A DNA stretch of 64,000 nt from Scyliorhinus canicula (GCF_902713615.1 NC_052172.1:17951327-18015326); one strand, 5' to 3'; counted from the stretch's first letter, positions 1-13,328 are shown. The notes: generated by a model not told the origin, from the letters alone. Numbers and translations: made by a program.

Positions 1-306
1 TAAATTTAGCTTTTATTCTTCCATTTGATAAGGGCGTCTCTGGCAAGGCCAATCCAGTATTTAAAATCAACGATTACTGAAACTAGCTTTGTAATTCCAG
101 ATTTTATTAATCGAATTTAAACTCTAGCCCACTGCGGGGGGTGGGATTTGTAACCCCCGTGTCACCAGAGCATTCGGATGGGGCCTCAGTCCAGAGACAG
201 CATCACTGTGTCACCTTCTCCCCATTCTATAGCTTCCGAATAGAAGGCGGGGAAGTAAATGCAAAAAAAATGAGTTGACCCTACAGATCACACTTCAACT
301 CCGTAC

Positions 307-594
307 CTTGTCATTATTGGCATATCTGAATCCTTGTACGTAACCCTCTCCTCCCCATAACCCTCTCTGCGACTCTGGTGGGTAGTAGATAGGAATGGGA
401 ATGTCTTGCACACGTTCTGGCTGCCCGGTGTGCGGGTTCCTTTTGTATTTCACCCCGTGGGGTTTAAAGTGAACAGGCGTGGGTTCCTGGGCATCTTCGT
501 GGGCGCGGAGATAATGAGCCGGCAACCGAGAGTAGATTCCCTCCTTCAGTCGCAGTGCCTGCCAGATCCGGGGCGGGTACTTGTGGAGAGGCAT
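307..594 (-). CDS. MRPL28: Mitochondrial ribosomal protein L28, first coding exon (gene continues left of window)
   Basis: Translation [25 protein letters not shown]...[14 protein letters not shown]...YANNDK matches the vertebrate MRPL28 N-terminus. GT donor follows codon K (305-306). Acceptor ctcctccgcag lies just upstream (exon starts 607). A second in-frame ATG is at 597. Confidence 0.95.
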
Positions 595-699
595 CATTCA
601 GCGTGAGCTGCGGAGGAGTCGGAATGAGGTCAGTTCGGAGGAACATCGCAGTACACAGTGAGATTCAAACCCCTGCCTACCCCGGCGCTAATGCCGCCG

Positions 700-1145
700 C
701 CATAGAGCCAGAAGATACTGGGTTCAAGCCCTGCTCCGGGAGCTTGACTCCCAGGCTTTCACTCCCAGTGCAGTCCTGACGGAGTGCTGCACCGTCAAGA
801 GATGCCCCAGGTAGTTTATTCCCAGATGGGGTGTTAAAACAGAGAAGCTATCTGCCCTCTTGCGTGGGTGTAAAAGATCCCACGGTCACTATTTTGAAGA
901 GGAGCAACGACGTCCTCCCCGGTATGCCAGCCAACATCTATCTCAAAGCCAATAACTGAATCAAATTATCTAACCACCGCTTTGATGGCTGATTGTGGGA
1001 TCTTGCTGTGCGAAATCTGCCTGCCCTGTTTCCTACATTACAGCAGCGATTACACTTTGTAAAAGTGCTTTTAGCGGCTCTTAAGCGGCGCCATGGGACA
1101 TCACGGAAGTAGTGAAAGGCTCTGTATAAATGAAAGCTCTTTCTT
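700..1145 (+). mobile_element. DeuSINE-like (SacSINE1-type) element, decayed
   Basis: Contains cccagtgcagtcctgacggagtgctgcaccgtc, gtaaaagatccca, Deu-like tgggatcttgctgtgcgaaat...tttcctacattacag and tail gtgaaaggctctgtataaatg. Confidence 0.7.
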
Positions 1146-1799
1146 TCTACATCTGAGAAAGTACATCTTTTATCTGAGAAAGTAAATATTGCTGCCAGCT
1201 AGGTGAGAAAGGGCAGGGGGCAAACTCCCCACGGACAGTGACCCAGAGGCGGGATCGAACCTGGGACCTCGGCGCCGTGAGGCAGCAGTGCTAACCCACT
1301 GACTGCATCACCGTGCTGCCCCGGATAACTCTTTCAAAGAGCCAGCAACGGGCAAGAATGGCCTCTTTCCGCGTGGGGTTCCATGGAACACCCCACCCAC
1401 CCACCCTCCAATTCTCTTCCCTCTTCAGCCTTGATCTAACAGAATGGCAGATCCCAGGGTCGAGGGGCTGAATGGCCGCCTCCTGTTCCTGCAGGCAACA
1501 AACTTGGGATGTTCAGGCTCCCATTTTTTTTTAACCCCACCACGATGCTGCCTCCTATAATCCCCTCTAACTTTTGGGTTCGGTCCCACCGGCACTTCAA
1601 AATGGGGAGGCATCAGTGGGCTATTTAACTGCAGTAGGCATCACAAACCATTGTTTTTTTTTCCCCCTCCCCACTCAAAAAAATAACTTTGAATGACAGG
1701 GCCAGCATGAGGGTCACTCCTCCACCCCAGGGCTGGGTTATTGGCTATTGGCCCCACTCCCACCCCCAAGGGTACTGAGGACCACAACCCCCACCCCTC

Positions 1800-2170
1800 C
1801 CCTCTGGGGGCAGCCAGTTCAGGCGAGGCCGGGGATACCGCGGGCTGCTAGGCCCAGAAGCCTCCCCCTGCGGCAGAAGAGCCTCCCTCGGGCCCTGTTC
1901 CCCATGCCTCCTCCCCATTCCTCCCTCACTCACTCGAGCCTCAGGCTTCACAGGGACCGCCAGGCCGCGCCGGCCAGCCACCGGAAGTCCCGCCTCCGCC
2001 GTCTCCGATTGGCCGGTTCTCCCAGGATTGGGGGGGGGGGGAGCCACGATCGGATTGGGCGGCCCCACCCGTCCATCACAGCCGGGGACCCGCCCCCCAT
2101 CCTTGACCTCCAGGGACCGTCTCAGAATGGCCGACGCAACGGGAACGTCTCCAAATTGCACCCGCTGCCA
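1800..2170 (-). promoter_or_regulatory. MRPL28: CpG-rich promoter and probable non-coding exon 1 of MRPL28
   Basis: ETS motif CCGGAAGT at 1981-1988, adjacent GC box, three ATTGG (CCAAT) boxes at 2008-2058, and a minus-strand donor gtgagt at 1928-1933. Confidence 0.65.
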
Positions 2171-2349
2171 GAAAACGCAAAAGACCCATTTCGCAGCCTG
2201 TGGATTAATGCTCAAAATTCAGTGCAGCCTACAATTGACACTCAATGAGGTGGTTATCGATAATTTGTTTGTTAGTACAGAGTTGGAATATTCCGAAAGA
2301 AAGTGATGCGGGCCAGAATTTTCCAGTTGTTCGTTGGCGCTAGATTTAA

Positions 2350-2540
2350 GGGGCTGGTTTAGCACACTGGGCTAAATCGTTGGTTTTGAAATCAGACCAA
2401 GGCAGGCCAGCAGCACGGTTCGATTCCCGTACCAGCCTCCCCGAACAGGCTCCGGAATGTGGCGACTAGGGGCTTTTCACAGTAACTTCATTTGAAGCCT
2501 ACTCGTGACAATAAGCGATTTTCATTTTTTTCATTTCATT
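2350..2540 (+). mobile_element. tRNA-derived SINE family B (GGGGCTGGTTTAGC head, (CATTT)n tail)
   Basis: A-box and B-box (ggttcgattccc). Near-identical copies at 2946-3118(-), 16588-16774(-), 18001-18187(-), 43147-43305(+) and 49600-49778(+). Confidence 0.85.
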
Positions 2541-2714
2541 TCTCTGTTCCCGCCGGCAGCACATCCTCCTTCACCTGCGTGTTTCCCGCCCGCGTGGGGT
2601 GGCATCAATGAGAAATCCCATTGACAAGCGGACGCCGGAGCGCCCCGCCCACGCTGTTGAAGCCTTTTGCCTTCAGGACAGATACAAGAATACCAAATTT
2701 CAAATTTGTTTTAT

Positions 2715-2925
2715 AAAATATAGAGTACCCAATTATTCTTTTTTCCAATTAAGGGGCAATTTAGCGTGGCCAATCCACCTGCCCTGCCCATCTTTGGGTT
2801 GTGGGGGGTGAAACCCACGCAGACGTGGGGAGAATGTGCATACTCCACACGGACAGTGACCCAGAGCCGGGATCGAACCCGGGTCCTCAGCGGCGTAGTC
2901 CGTTAACCACTGCGCCACCTGCCCC
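2715..2925 (-). mobile_element. Short tRNA/V-domain SINE (family A)
   Basis: Reverse complement of the head and V-domain (gtgtggagtttgcacattctccccg) with the aattgggtactcta tail. Confidence 0.85.
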
Positions 2926-4215
2926 CCCCAAAATTTCGCCAACTTGAATGAAAATGAAAATCACTTATTGTCACGAGTAGGCTTGAATGAAGTTACTGTG
3001 AAAAGTTCCTAGTCGCCACATTCCAGCGCCTGTCCGGGGAGGCTGGTACGGGAATCGAACCGTGCTGCTGGGCTGCTTTAAAAGCCAGCGATTTAGCCAA
3101 GTGAGCTAAACCAGCCCTGAATTTCTGTCAGGTACTCAGAAGTGCCCATTGCTGCAGGTACGAGTGATCTTACCAGCACTCGATTTCCGCCTTGAGATTT
3201 TTCCAGCATTTTCTGGGTTTTTTTAAAATTTATGCTGTACGATTGGTTGGCAAGCTGACTCTGGTTGGTCGGGGCAATGCCACGCGGAAATGCGGCATGG
3301 AACGCATTGTCCCCAGGTTTTTCGTTTAGTTCAAATAAAAAGGCGCCATGCCTGGACGTGTTCTTCCTAGTTGCAGAAGGCTTGTCCTTATGCACGCAGC
3401 TCACGTGCCCAAACTATAGCCGTTAGTGTGATTCTCAGCGCGCTCAAAGTTGTTCAGTCAGTGCTGTCCAATTGTGGAATCGAATCTAACAGTGAAACAT
3501 AATGTTCTGCATTTTTCACCCACATTCAGATTGGTTTAGTACGTTTACTACACTACCCCGTGCTGAGAGCCAGGGCGGGATGGGGGGGGGGGGGGGTGAG
3601 GGGGGAATTGTTTCGTACGAACCCCCAGTCGCTTGGACATCAAGGAACCATCAATGAGCAGTTATTGTACCGTGCAATTGGCACTTCACAAAGTGTTTCC
3701 TGTCACTTGGAGAGGTAGGGGAGATCAATAACATGCTTTGGGGGAATGGTTGACAGGATCTGATGATCTAATGATCGATGAGGGGGTCTAGAGTAGGTCG
3801 GGTGGGAAGGGCAGAAGGGCTGAGAGTGAGAAGCCCACCGGTTTAAACCGGTTGGTGAAGAAACTAACGGCGACCTTGCGGGGGGAGGGGGCATGTTGTT
3901 AACGCAGCGAGTGGTTAGGTTTGGAATGCGCTGCCTGAGAGAGCGTGGGGTGGCTGCTTCAGTTCAGACTCTCCAACAGGGGATTATCCGAAGAGAATAT
4001 CAACCATGTAATATCCCGCACGAGAGTGGGCACGATTGTCTTTCCCGTGGCTCCTTGCGGAGAGCCTGCTCCCCCTCTGCATAAAAGGTCGGCCATTCAG
4101 CCCCTCGACCAGAATAGGGACCCGGCAACGGATCTACCGGGTAGCGTAGATATCGATTGTGTTTCTTATTTTACATGGCGTGGTCGCCCCTTGTCCTTAT
4201 TAAAGTTATGAGGAG

Positions 4216-4445
4216 GGCAGCACGGTGGCACAGTGGGTTAGCACTGCTGCCTCACAGTGCCAGGGTCCCAGGTTCGATCCCGGCCCCGGGTCACTGTCCG
4301 TGTGGAGTTTGCACATTCTCCCCGTGTCTGCGTGGGTTTCGCCCCCACAACCCAAAGATGTGCAGGGTAGGTGGATTGGCCAGGCTAAATTGCCCCTTAA
4401 TTGGAAGAATTGAATTGGTACGCTAAATTTATATTTTTTTAAAAA
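4216..4445 (+). mobile_element. Short tRNA/V-domain SINE (family A) with ~15-bp TSD
   Basis: Head gggcagcacggtggcacagtgggttagc, B-box ggttcgatccc, flanked on both sides by attaaagttatgagg. About 20 further copies occur, e.g. 7994, 9594, 26670, 40115, 40480, 43308, 47560, 48180, 53180, 58210, 61603. Confidence 0.9.
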
Positions 4446-6243
4446 TTAAAGTTATGAGGTAAAGGCAAGGGGGGGGGGGGGGGGTGGAGCTGGGGGGGTG
4501 GAGCTAGCCAATTTGCACCGGCGGAGAGCCAGTAGGGACTTGATGGGCCAAACGGCCTCCTTCCGTGAGGCAAGCGTTCGATAGTTCGAGGCCACCCTGC
4601 TCCTCTGGAGCCCAACATCACTGTGGGGCCCTGAGCTGGCAGCTGTACAGGGCTGGGAGGAGCATCTGGTCAGAGCACTGGACCAACATAATCTCTNNNN
4701 NNNNNNNNNNNNNNNNNNNNNNNNNNNNNNNNNNNNNNNNNNNNNNNNNNNNNNNNNNNNNNNNNNNNNNNNNNNNNNNNNNNNNNNNNNNNNNNNNNNN
4801 NNNNNNNNNNNNNNNNNNNNNNNNNNNNNNNNNNNNNNNNNNNNNNNNNNNNNNNNNNNNNNNNNNNNNNNNNNNNNNNNNNNNNNNNNNNNNNNNNNNN
4901 NNNNNNNNNNNNNNNNNNNNNNNNNNNNNNNNNNNNNNNNNNNNNNNNNNNNNNNNNNNNNNNNNNNNNNNNNNNNNNNNNNNNNNNNNNNNNNNNNNNN
5001 NNNNNNNNNNNNNNNNNNNNCAGGGAGGTCAGCCACTGGGGTTACATCTGACAATTTTATTGCAAAGAAAGACTGTATAGTCGGAGCATTTTAAATACAG
5101 AGGCGATGACGGCCAGTCTGAGTTTGTCTGCGTCTCTGTGGACAGTCTAGCCCAGCGCGCAGGCCCAGCTGAAGAGAGGCAGGGTTTGCATTCACGTAGC
5201 GCCTCTCCCAGCCTCGGGACGACGCCAAGCGCTTCGCCGCCACTGAAGCTCCCTGTCGTGGCCTCGAAACCACGGCAGCCGATCAGCACACGGCAAGGTC
5301 CCACCAGGCCACGGTGTGATGGCGAGCACATGAATAATCAGGTTTCATTTCGCGACGTCAATTGAAGGGGTTGAGTTTCGGCCGGGACGTTCGACAATTA
5401 CCCCCCCCCCCCCCCCCCCCCCCCACCCCCACCCCCGCCACCCCCAAAATGGGCCACGGGATCTTTTACAACCAATCTGAGCAGGCGGGTGGGGAGGTGC
5501 CCGTGCAAAAAGACAGCAGGGTCAGCCTGGCTTCCTCTTCCACAGGCCCTGAACGCGGGACTTGAACCGGGAACCTCGATGATTCAGAAGCCAGAGTGTG
5601 ACCTACCCAACCAGCACCGAGCACAGCCATCCCTGGGGTATCACTGCTGTCACAGGGACTTTGCAGAAGGTTCCGCCGATTTGATTGAGGGACGGCAGCC
5701 TCAAGGATCTATCAAGGGGGAGGTCATCTATCATGGTATCATGGTGACATAGTGTTTAGCACTGCTACCTCAAGCTCCAGGGACCCGGGTTCGATTCCGG
5801 GCTTGTGTCACTGTCTGTGTGGAGTCTGCACGTTCTCCCCGTGTCTGTGTGGGTTTCCTCCGGGTGCTCCGGTTTCCACTCACAGTCCAAAGATGTGCAG
5901 GTCAGGTGGATTGGCCGTGATCTATTGCCCTTTATTTGGTGGGGTTCCAGGGATAAGGTAGGGGAGNNNNNNNNNNNNNNNNNNNNNNNNNNNNNNNNNN
6001 NNNNNNNNNNNNNNNNNNNNNNNNNNNNNNNNNNNNNNNNNNNNNNNNNNNNNNNNNNNNNNNNNNNNNNNNNNNNNNNNNNNNNNNNNNNNNNNNNNNN
6101 NNNNNNNNNNNNNNNNNNNNNNNNNNNNNNNNNNNNNNNNNNNNNNNNNNNNNNNNNNNNNNNNNNNNNNNNNNNNNNNNNNNNNNNNNNNNNNNNNNNN
6201 NNNNNNNNNNNNNNNNNNNNNNNNNNNNNNNNNNNNNNNNNNN

Positions 6244-7220
6244 CCACTGTTGTTTGTGATATACATAAATGATCTGGATGAAGGTATAAGTGGCCTGATG
6301 AGCAAGTTTGCAGATGATACTAAGATTGGTGGAGTTGCAGATAGCGAGGGGGACTGTCAGAGAATACAGCAAAATATAGATAGATTGGGGAGTTGGGCAG
6401 AGAAATGGCAGATGGAGTTCAATCCAGGCAAATGCGAGGTGATGCATTTTGGAAGATCTAACTCAAGAGGAGACTATATGGTCAATGGAAGAGTCCTGGG
6501 GAAAATTGATGTACAGAGAAATTTGGGAGTTCAGGTCCATTGTACCCTGAAGGTGGAAACGCAGGTCGATAGAGTGGTCAAGAAGACATACAGCATGTTT
6601 GCCTTCATCGGACGGGGTATTGAGTACAAGAGTCGGCAGGTCATGTTACAGTTGTATAGGACTTTGGTTAGGCCACATTTGGAATACTGCGTGCAGTTCT
6701 GGTCGCCACATTACCAGAAGGATGTGGATGCTTTAGAGAGGGTGCAGAGGAGGTTCACCAGGATGTTGCCTGGTATGGAGGGTGCTAGCTATGAATAAAG
6801 TTTGAGTAGATTAGGATTGTTTTCATTGGAAAGACGGAGGTTGAGGGGAGACCTGATTGAGGTCTACAAAATTATGAGAGTAATGGACAGGGTAGATAGC
6901 AACAAGCTTTTTCCAAGAGTGGGGGTGTCAATTACAAGGGGTCACGATTTCAAGGTGAGAGGGGGAAAGTTTAAGGGAGATGTGCGTGGAAAGTTTTTTA
7001 CGCAGAGGGTGGTGGGTGCCTGGAACGCTTTACCAGTGGAGGTGGTAGAGGCGGGCACGATAGCATCATTTAAGATGCATCTGGACAGGTATATGAACGG
7101 ACGGGAACAGAGGGAAGTAGATCCTTGGAAAATAGGAGACAGGTTTAGATAAAGGATCTGGATCGGCGCAGGCTGGGAGGGCAGAAGGGCCTGTTCCTGT
7201 GCTGTAATTTTCTTTGTTCT
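6244..7220 (+). mobile_element. CR1-clade LINE 3' part (RT C-terminus and 3' UTR), inactivated
   Basis: ORF contains YINDLD...KFADDTK...LYRTLVRPHLEYCVQFWSPH, a premature stop at 6796-6798, and the gaagggcctgttcctgtgctgta tail. Confidence 0.92.
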
Positions 7221-7471
7221 TTTGTACACACACACAGACACCCACACACACACACCCACACACACCCACACACACACCCACACCCACCCACACACACACC
7301 CACACACACACCCACACAACACCGAGGCACACTTCTGCGCACATGGACACACAAACCCGAACAAAGACACACACACAACCACCTAACAAACACATACACA
7401 CCCCTGACAAACACACACAGACATACACAAACCCCTAACAAATACACACACCCACCCCTAACAAACTTTGG

Positions 7472-7812
7472 GGGCAGCACGGTAGCATGGTGGTTAGCAT
7501 AAATGCTTCACAGCTCCAGGGTCCAAGGTTCGATTCCCGGCTGGGTCACTGTCTGTGCGGAGTCTGCACGTCCTCCCCGTGTGTGCGTGGGTTTCCTCCG
7601 GGTGCTCCGGTTTCCTCCCACAGTCCAAAGATGTGCAGGTTAGGTGGATTGGCCATGGTAAATTGCCCGTAGTGTCCTAATAGTAAGGTAAGGGGGGGGG
7701 GTTGTTGGGTTATGGGTATAGGGTGGATACGTGGGTTTGAGTAGGGTGATCATTGCTCGGCACAACATCGAGGGCCGAAGGGCCTGTTCTGTGCTGTACT
7801 GTTCTATGTTCT
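7472..7812 (+). mobile_element. HE1-like V-SINE with CR1-derived tail
   Basis: tRNA head, full V domain, and tail ctcggcacaacatcgagggccgaagggcctgttctgtgctgtactgttctatgttctat. Reverse copy at 25650-25972. Confidence 0.85.
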
Positions 7813-8430
7813 ATAAACATACAGATGCACACACCCCTCACAAACCCGAACAAACACAAACAAACACACACAACCTTCAACAAACAAGCCCTTACCAAAC
7901 ATACCCAAACAGCTAACAAACACACACAAACTGTTTAAAAAAATATGCAAATCTCTAACAAACCCACACAAACCCCTATCAAACACACACATAGGGCAGT
8001 ACGGTGGCGCAGTGGTTAGCACTGCTGCCTCACGGCGCCGAGGTCCCAGGTTAGATCCCGGCTCTGGGTCACTGTCCGTGTGGAGTTTGCACATTCTCCC
8101 CGTGTTTGTGTGGGTTTCGCCCCCACAACCCAAAGATGTGCAGCGTAGGGGGATTGGCCATGCTAAATTGCCCCTTAATTGGAAAAAATGAATTGGGTAC
8201 TCTAAATTTAGATTAAAAAAACAAACACACACATACACAAACCCCGAACAAACACACAAACCCCGAACAAACACACACACAAAATAATAATTGGGTACTC
8301 TAAATTAATTTTTTGAAATGAAATGAAATGAAAATCGCTTATTGTCACGAGTAGGCTTCAATGAAGTTACTGTGAAAAGCCCCTAGTCGCCACATTCCGG
8401 CGCCTAACCCTAATTTTTTAAAACACACAC

Positions 8431-8659
8431 TGTGGTAGTAACCACTGCTGTATATGTTAGGGTGTGTATGGTAGGACCTGTACTACCGGTACGCGGGTAG
8501 TCCCTGCCTGCTGGCTCCGCCCAGTAGGCGGAGTATAAATATGTGTGCTCCCCGTACAGCAGCCATTTTGCCAGCTGCTGGAGGAGGCCACACATCTTAG
8601 TGTAATAAAGCCTCAGTTGTATTCAATTCTTGTCTTTATGCAATTGATCGTGCATAACA
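8431..8659 (+). mobile_element. Short solo LTR
   Basis: TG...CA ends, internal TATAAA (about 8534) then AATAAA (about 8604), flanks cacac/caaac (imperfect 5-bp TSD). Confidence 0.6.
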
Positions 8660-8833
8660 CAAACCCTAACAAACAGCCCCCCTAACAAACACACTAACTT
8701 AACACATACACACACACACACACATACAAGAACATGCTGTCACAAACATACGTACAAATGAACACACAAACACAGACACGCACACTCGTACGTTACACAG
8801 TTAGACACAGACACACCAGGGGTTTGCCGCATC

Positions 8834-9474
8834 CTACGCTCCCTTTGGCCAATCGCAGCAGAGCTTCTTAGCGCACTGTGGGCCGCAGGCTAGTTGGCAG
8901 ACCTTCACGCTCCCCCCCGCAGGGCTGATGTACTCGGGCTGTATGGTGGCAGAGTGAATCCCCTCACTGTCGAACACCCGCCTCAGATCCCCGGACACGC
9001 GGGCAAAGCCGGCGAGGCTGCGGCACTGCACGTGGGCGCTGGCGAGAACCCGGCGGGACGAGAGGCGCCAGACGTGGAGCTCGTGGACGGCGACGACCCC
9101 GCTCACGGCCGCCAGCCGCTCGGTCAGCCCGCGCAGGTCCACCTGCTCCGGCACGCATTCCAGGAGGAGGAGGACAGACACCTTCAGCCGGGGGGCCACG
9201 CTGGTCACCAGCGCCAGCGCCGTCAGCAGCGAGAGCCCGGGGTCCAGGTAGGGTAAGCAGTCCGCGTGCCAGCTGCCGGCCGGCGCTGCCGGCAAGCTGT
9301 GAAGGAACCCGACCACGAGAGCCAGCACCGAGTTCAAAACCGACTGGGCGATGCCAACGAGGCAGCTGAGGATCCGCCACCAGCCGGTCACCGGGACCCT
9401 CTTGCCCTGGGCGTCGCGGTCCGCTGTGTCTCTGGCCGCTGCCGGATCGTCCTCCCATCGGGTGGAGTCAGTGC
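8834..9474 (-). CDS. SLC30A1/SLC30A10-like cation diffusion facilitator, last coding exon (TM5-6 and cytosolic domain)
   Basis: Acceptor ctctgtccccttccag at 9475, phase 1. Encodes YLDPGLSL...VHELHVWRL...AHVQC...GIHSATIQPEY...CQLACGPQCAKKLCC, the ZnT1/ZnT10 C-terminal pattern. Stop at 8834. Confidence 0.9.
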
Positions 9475-10007
9475 CTGGAAGGGGACAGAGAGAGAGATTT
9501 GGTGAAGTGACACAGTTTGTGTGGAATTTGCAGGCAGCTCTGCCATCTAGTGTTCACGGGCAGTAGCGCAATTGAAAACAAAACCTGGCTGTCGGGCAGC
9601 ACGGTGGCGCAGTGGGTTAGCACTGCTGCCTTGCGGCACCGAGGACCGAGGTCCCAGGTTCGACCCCGGCTCAGGGTCACTGTCCGTGTGGAGTTTGCAC
9701 ATTCTCCCCGTGTTTGCGTGGGTTTCACCTTCACAACCCAAAAGATGTGCAGGGTAAGGGGGATTGGCCAGGCTGAATTACCCCTTAATTGGAAAAAAAT
9801 GAATTGGGTGGGCACTCTAAATTTATTTTTAAAAAAAGAAAAAAAAAGAAACTTGGCTGTCAATCCATGTCGCAGAAAATGAGCAAGCACAATAGGAGGC
9901 CATTCAGCCCATCCGCCCTGTGCCGCCTCTTTGCCAGAGCTACCCAAATAGCCCCATTGTCCCAACTCTTTCCCCGCAGCCCGGCAAACATCCTCCTACA
10001 AGTATTA

Positions 10008-10504
10008 ACCATCCTATCGGGCTGCATCACAGCCTGGGTATGGCAACTGCTCAGCCCAGGACCATAAGACAAACTACAGAGAGTCGTGAACACCGCCCAG
10101 TCCATCACACGAACCTGCCTCCCATCCATTGACTGCATCTACACCTCCCGCTGCCTGGGGAAAGCGGGCAGCATAATCAAAGACCCCCCCCCCCCCCCAC
10201 CCCCCCACCCGGCTTACTCACTCTTCCAACTTCTTCCATCGGGCAGGAGATACAGAAGTCTGAGAACACGCACGGACAGACTCAAATACAGCTTCTTCCC
10301 CACTACCCTCTAATGGACTGAACTGATCTCTTCACACATCTTCTCTACTGAGAAGTACTACACTCCGTATGCTTCGCCCGATGCCTGTGTCTATGTTTGT
10401 ATTTTATTTTATTTATTGTATTTTATTGTGTATTTTATGTTTGCCCTATTATGTATTTTCTTTTCATGCACGGAATCATCTGTTTGAGCTGCACGCAGAA
10501 CAAT
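10008..10504 (+). mobile_element. Rex1/Babar-type LINE 3' fragment
   Basis: Decayed translation ILSGCITAW...LQRVVNTAQSIT...YTSRCLGKAGSIIKDP..HPAYSLFQLLPSGRRYRSL. Tail resumes at about 11236-11260 after a MITE. Confidence 0.8.
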
Positions 10505-11225
10505 GGGCGCCATTCTCCGCTGCCCACGACGGGTCGGAGAATAGCGGGAGGGCCTTCCCGACAATTTTCACGGCCTCCCGCTATCCCCCCCCCCCCCCCC
10601 CCCCCCCCTCCGGCCGCCCCCCGACACGAATCGCTGCTCGCCGTTTTTTACGGCAAACAGCGATTCTCCGCAGGCCGATGGGCCGACTACCGCGGAGTTT
10701 ACGGCCGTTTTCACGGCTGCGATCACACCTGCTTTCAGCATTCGTGAAAACGGCCGCAAAGTGCCCGTCCCGGACAACCATGGCACCGATTGGCACGGCC
10801 ACACCACGGCCGTGCCAAGGGTGGCATGGGCCTGCGATCGGTGGGCACCGATCGCGGGCAGCGGATCCGATACCCGCGCACTATTTGTTCTTCCGCCGCC
10901 CCGCAGGATCAGTCCGCGGGGCGGCTGAGGGGCATGACGGCCCGCGCATGCGCGGGTTTGACGCGTCTGCGTGATGACGTCATCCGTGCATGAGCGGGTT
11001 GGAGCCGTCCAACCCGCGCATGTGCGGCTGACGTCATCGTGCGCGTCAGCTGTCGTGACGCTTGGCGCGCGGACTTAGCGACGGTCGCTAAGGCCGCGAT
11101 GCCGTGCTTCACGGGGCCGTGCTGCTAGCCCCGCCCTGGGGGGAGAATCGGGTCCCGGGAGGGGGCACGGAGGCTGCCGTGAAACACGGCCAGTTTCACG
11201 GCAGCCTTTACGACTCGCCGCATTT
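10505..11225. mobile_element. GC-rich, internally palindromic MITE-like element
   Basis: Starts gggcgccattctcc, with nested palindromes (gcgcatgcgc, tgacgtca). Related elements at 12730-13526, 21811-22375 and 63183-63364. Confidence 0.6.
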
Positions 11226-11689
11226 GCTCCGCAAATGACAATAAACAAATCCAATCCAATTTGTCCAATCCTCTTTTGAACGAAATTATTGAATTTACTT
11301 CGATTGCCCTAACAGGCAGTACCTTCCAGGTCTCAACTCACTGCACATTTGTGTTTTTTAATTTAAAATACCCAATTTTTTTTTTCCAATTAAAGGGGCA
11401 ATTTAACGTGGCCAATCCACCTGACCTGCACATCTTTGGGTTGCGCAGACACGGGGAGAATGTGCAAACTCCACACGGACCGTGGCCCGGGGCCGGGATC
11501 GAACCCGGGTCCGCGGCGCCGTGAAGCAGCAGTGCCAACCACTGTGACGCCGTGTTCTCCTCATCTCCCTCTCTTCTCTGCTGTAGGAAGGATGATCTCA
11601 GCTCCTCCAGTCTCTCCGCATTAGCTGAAACCCCCCCCCCCCCCCGCCCCCCCGCCCCGCCAATCACTGCCGCCATTCAAGTTTTTTAA

Positions 11690-12030
11690 TTTGTGGGCTA
11701 CAGGCCCAACGTCCATTGCCCATCCCTAATTGCCATTTGAGAAGGTGGTGGGTGAGCCGCCTTCCTGAACCGCTGCAGTCCGTGTGGTGTAGGTACATCC
11801 ACAGTGCTGTTAGGGAGGGAGTTTCGGATTTTGACCCAGCGACAGTGAAGGAACGGCCGATATATTTCCAAGTCAGGGGGGTGAGTGACTCGGAGGGGAA
11901 TCTCCAGGTGGTGGGGTTCCCAGGTATCTGCTACCTTTGTCCTTCTAGATGGTCACGGGTTTGGAAGGTACGGTCAAAGGAGCCTTGGTGAGTTGCTGCA
12001 GTGCATCTTGTAGATGGTACACACGGCTTT
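11690..12030 (-). mobile_element. LINE 3' fragment (CR1/L2-like)
   Basis: Same sequence family as 54870-55185(+), 56110-56815(-) and 57895-58050(+). Confidence 0.65.
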
Positions 12031-12036
12031 CACCTG

Positions 12037-12510
12037 TGTTGTGTTATGTACTCTGGGATAACACAGGCTGCAACTCGATGCAGCTTTGACCAAAAGATAC
12101 TCCAGGCTTTGAAGTAAGTTCAATGTGATTTATTGAACCATTAGCACAGTTCTCTATGAGTTTGATTCTCCTGCTAATCTTGCTATAGTAACTCAGTCTA
12201 ACTAACCAGTCTGCTCTAAGCCACGTGGTGGGTGTGATGCTTCTGATCTGCCCCTGTCCTACTCTCTAAGTGTTGCCTGTGGAAAGAGACAGAGCATGTG
12301 TGCCCTGTCCTTATATATGGGTTGTACTGCCCCCTTGTATTAGTGTCACTTCTGGGTGTTCTGACTGCCCATTGGGCATGTCCTATTCTATGTGTTCATT
12401 AGCTGTATGTCTGCATGTCATGATGTCTCTGGTGCTCCCTCTAGTGGTTACTTAGTCGTAGTGTATTCACATTAACCCCTTGTGTATTTACAGTGATGCA
12501 TATCACCACA
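12037..12510 (-). mobile_element. Solo LTR with 5-bp TSD
   Basis: Termini tgttgtg...caccaca, TSD acctg at 12032-12036 and 12511-12515, and minus-strand TATA-like and AATAAA motifs. Confidence 0.8.
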
Positions 12511-13328
12511 ACCTGCACCCTGTGCAATCAGTCCAAAGATGTGCAGCTGGATTGGCCGTGCTAAGTTGCCCCTTAGTGTCCAAAGATGCTCAGGTTAGGT
12601 GGGGTTACGGGGATAGGGTGGGGGCCTGGGTCCGGCATTGTGGGGATTCTGTTGGATTCTATGATTTTGCAGGCGGGTCTGCCATCTAGTGTTGTCAGGG
12701 AGTAGTGCACCTTAAAATAAAATCCAGAAATTTAGGAAAATTCTCCGCAGTAAAATCGCAGCCGGCGCAGGGGCAGCAAATCTATGTTCCTGCGAGAAAT
12801 CGGGAACCGGCAATCGGTTCATCAGATTCTGCGGGCCCCGAAAAACGGCCTACTCGGGGAGTACGCTGCGTTGGCTGAGGCCATTGGAAGAGGCCCCCGC
12901 TCGGCCATCCTCCGTCTCCGACCGGCCGAAGCGGCGACAGCGTGGAACTAACGTGCTCCAGCCGGTTGGGATACTCACGCGGCGGCTGCGGATTCAGTCT
13001 GTGGCCGCCCTGGTCGGGGGCAGGCCGGTCGGGGGGGCGGGGGGGGGGGGGGGGGGGGGCGGCCTGGGAAAGGTCGTGCGGGGGTTGAGGGTCAAGCACA
13101 CAGCTGAACACTGTCCGTGCGGAGTTTGCACATTCTCCCCGTGTCCGCGTGGGTCTCGCCCCCACAACCCAAAGATGTGCAGGGTAGGTGGATTGGCCAC
13201 GCTAAATTGCCCCTTCATGGGAAAAAATAATTGGATATTCTAAATTTTAAAAAGAAGCACACAGCTGATTGGGGGGGGGGGGGTCGCTTTTTTTGGGTTT
13301 TGGGTCTCGCAGCCTCTGGCCCGGAAGT

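Noticed and set aside
4216-4290. SINE heads as tRNA genes
   Set aside because: A and B boxes are present, but the sequences run straight into V-domain bodies and tails and are flanked by TSDs.
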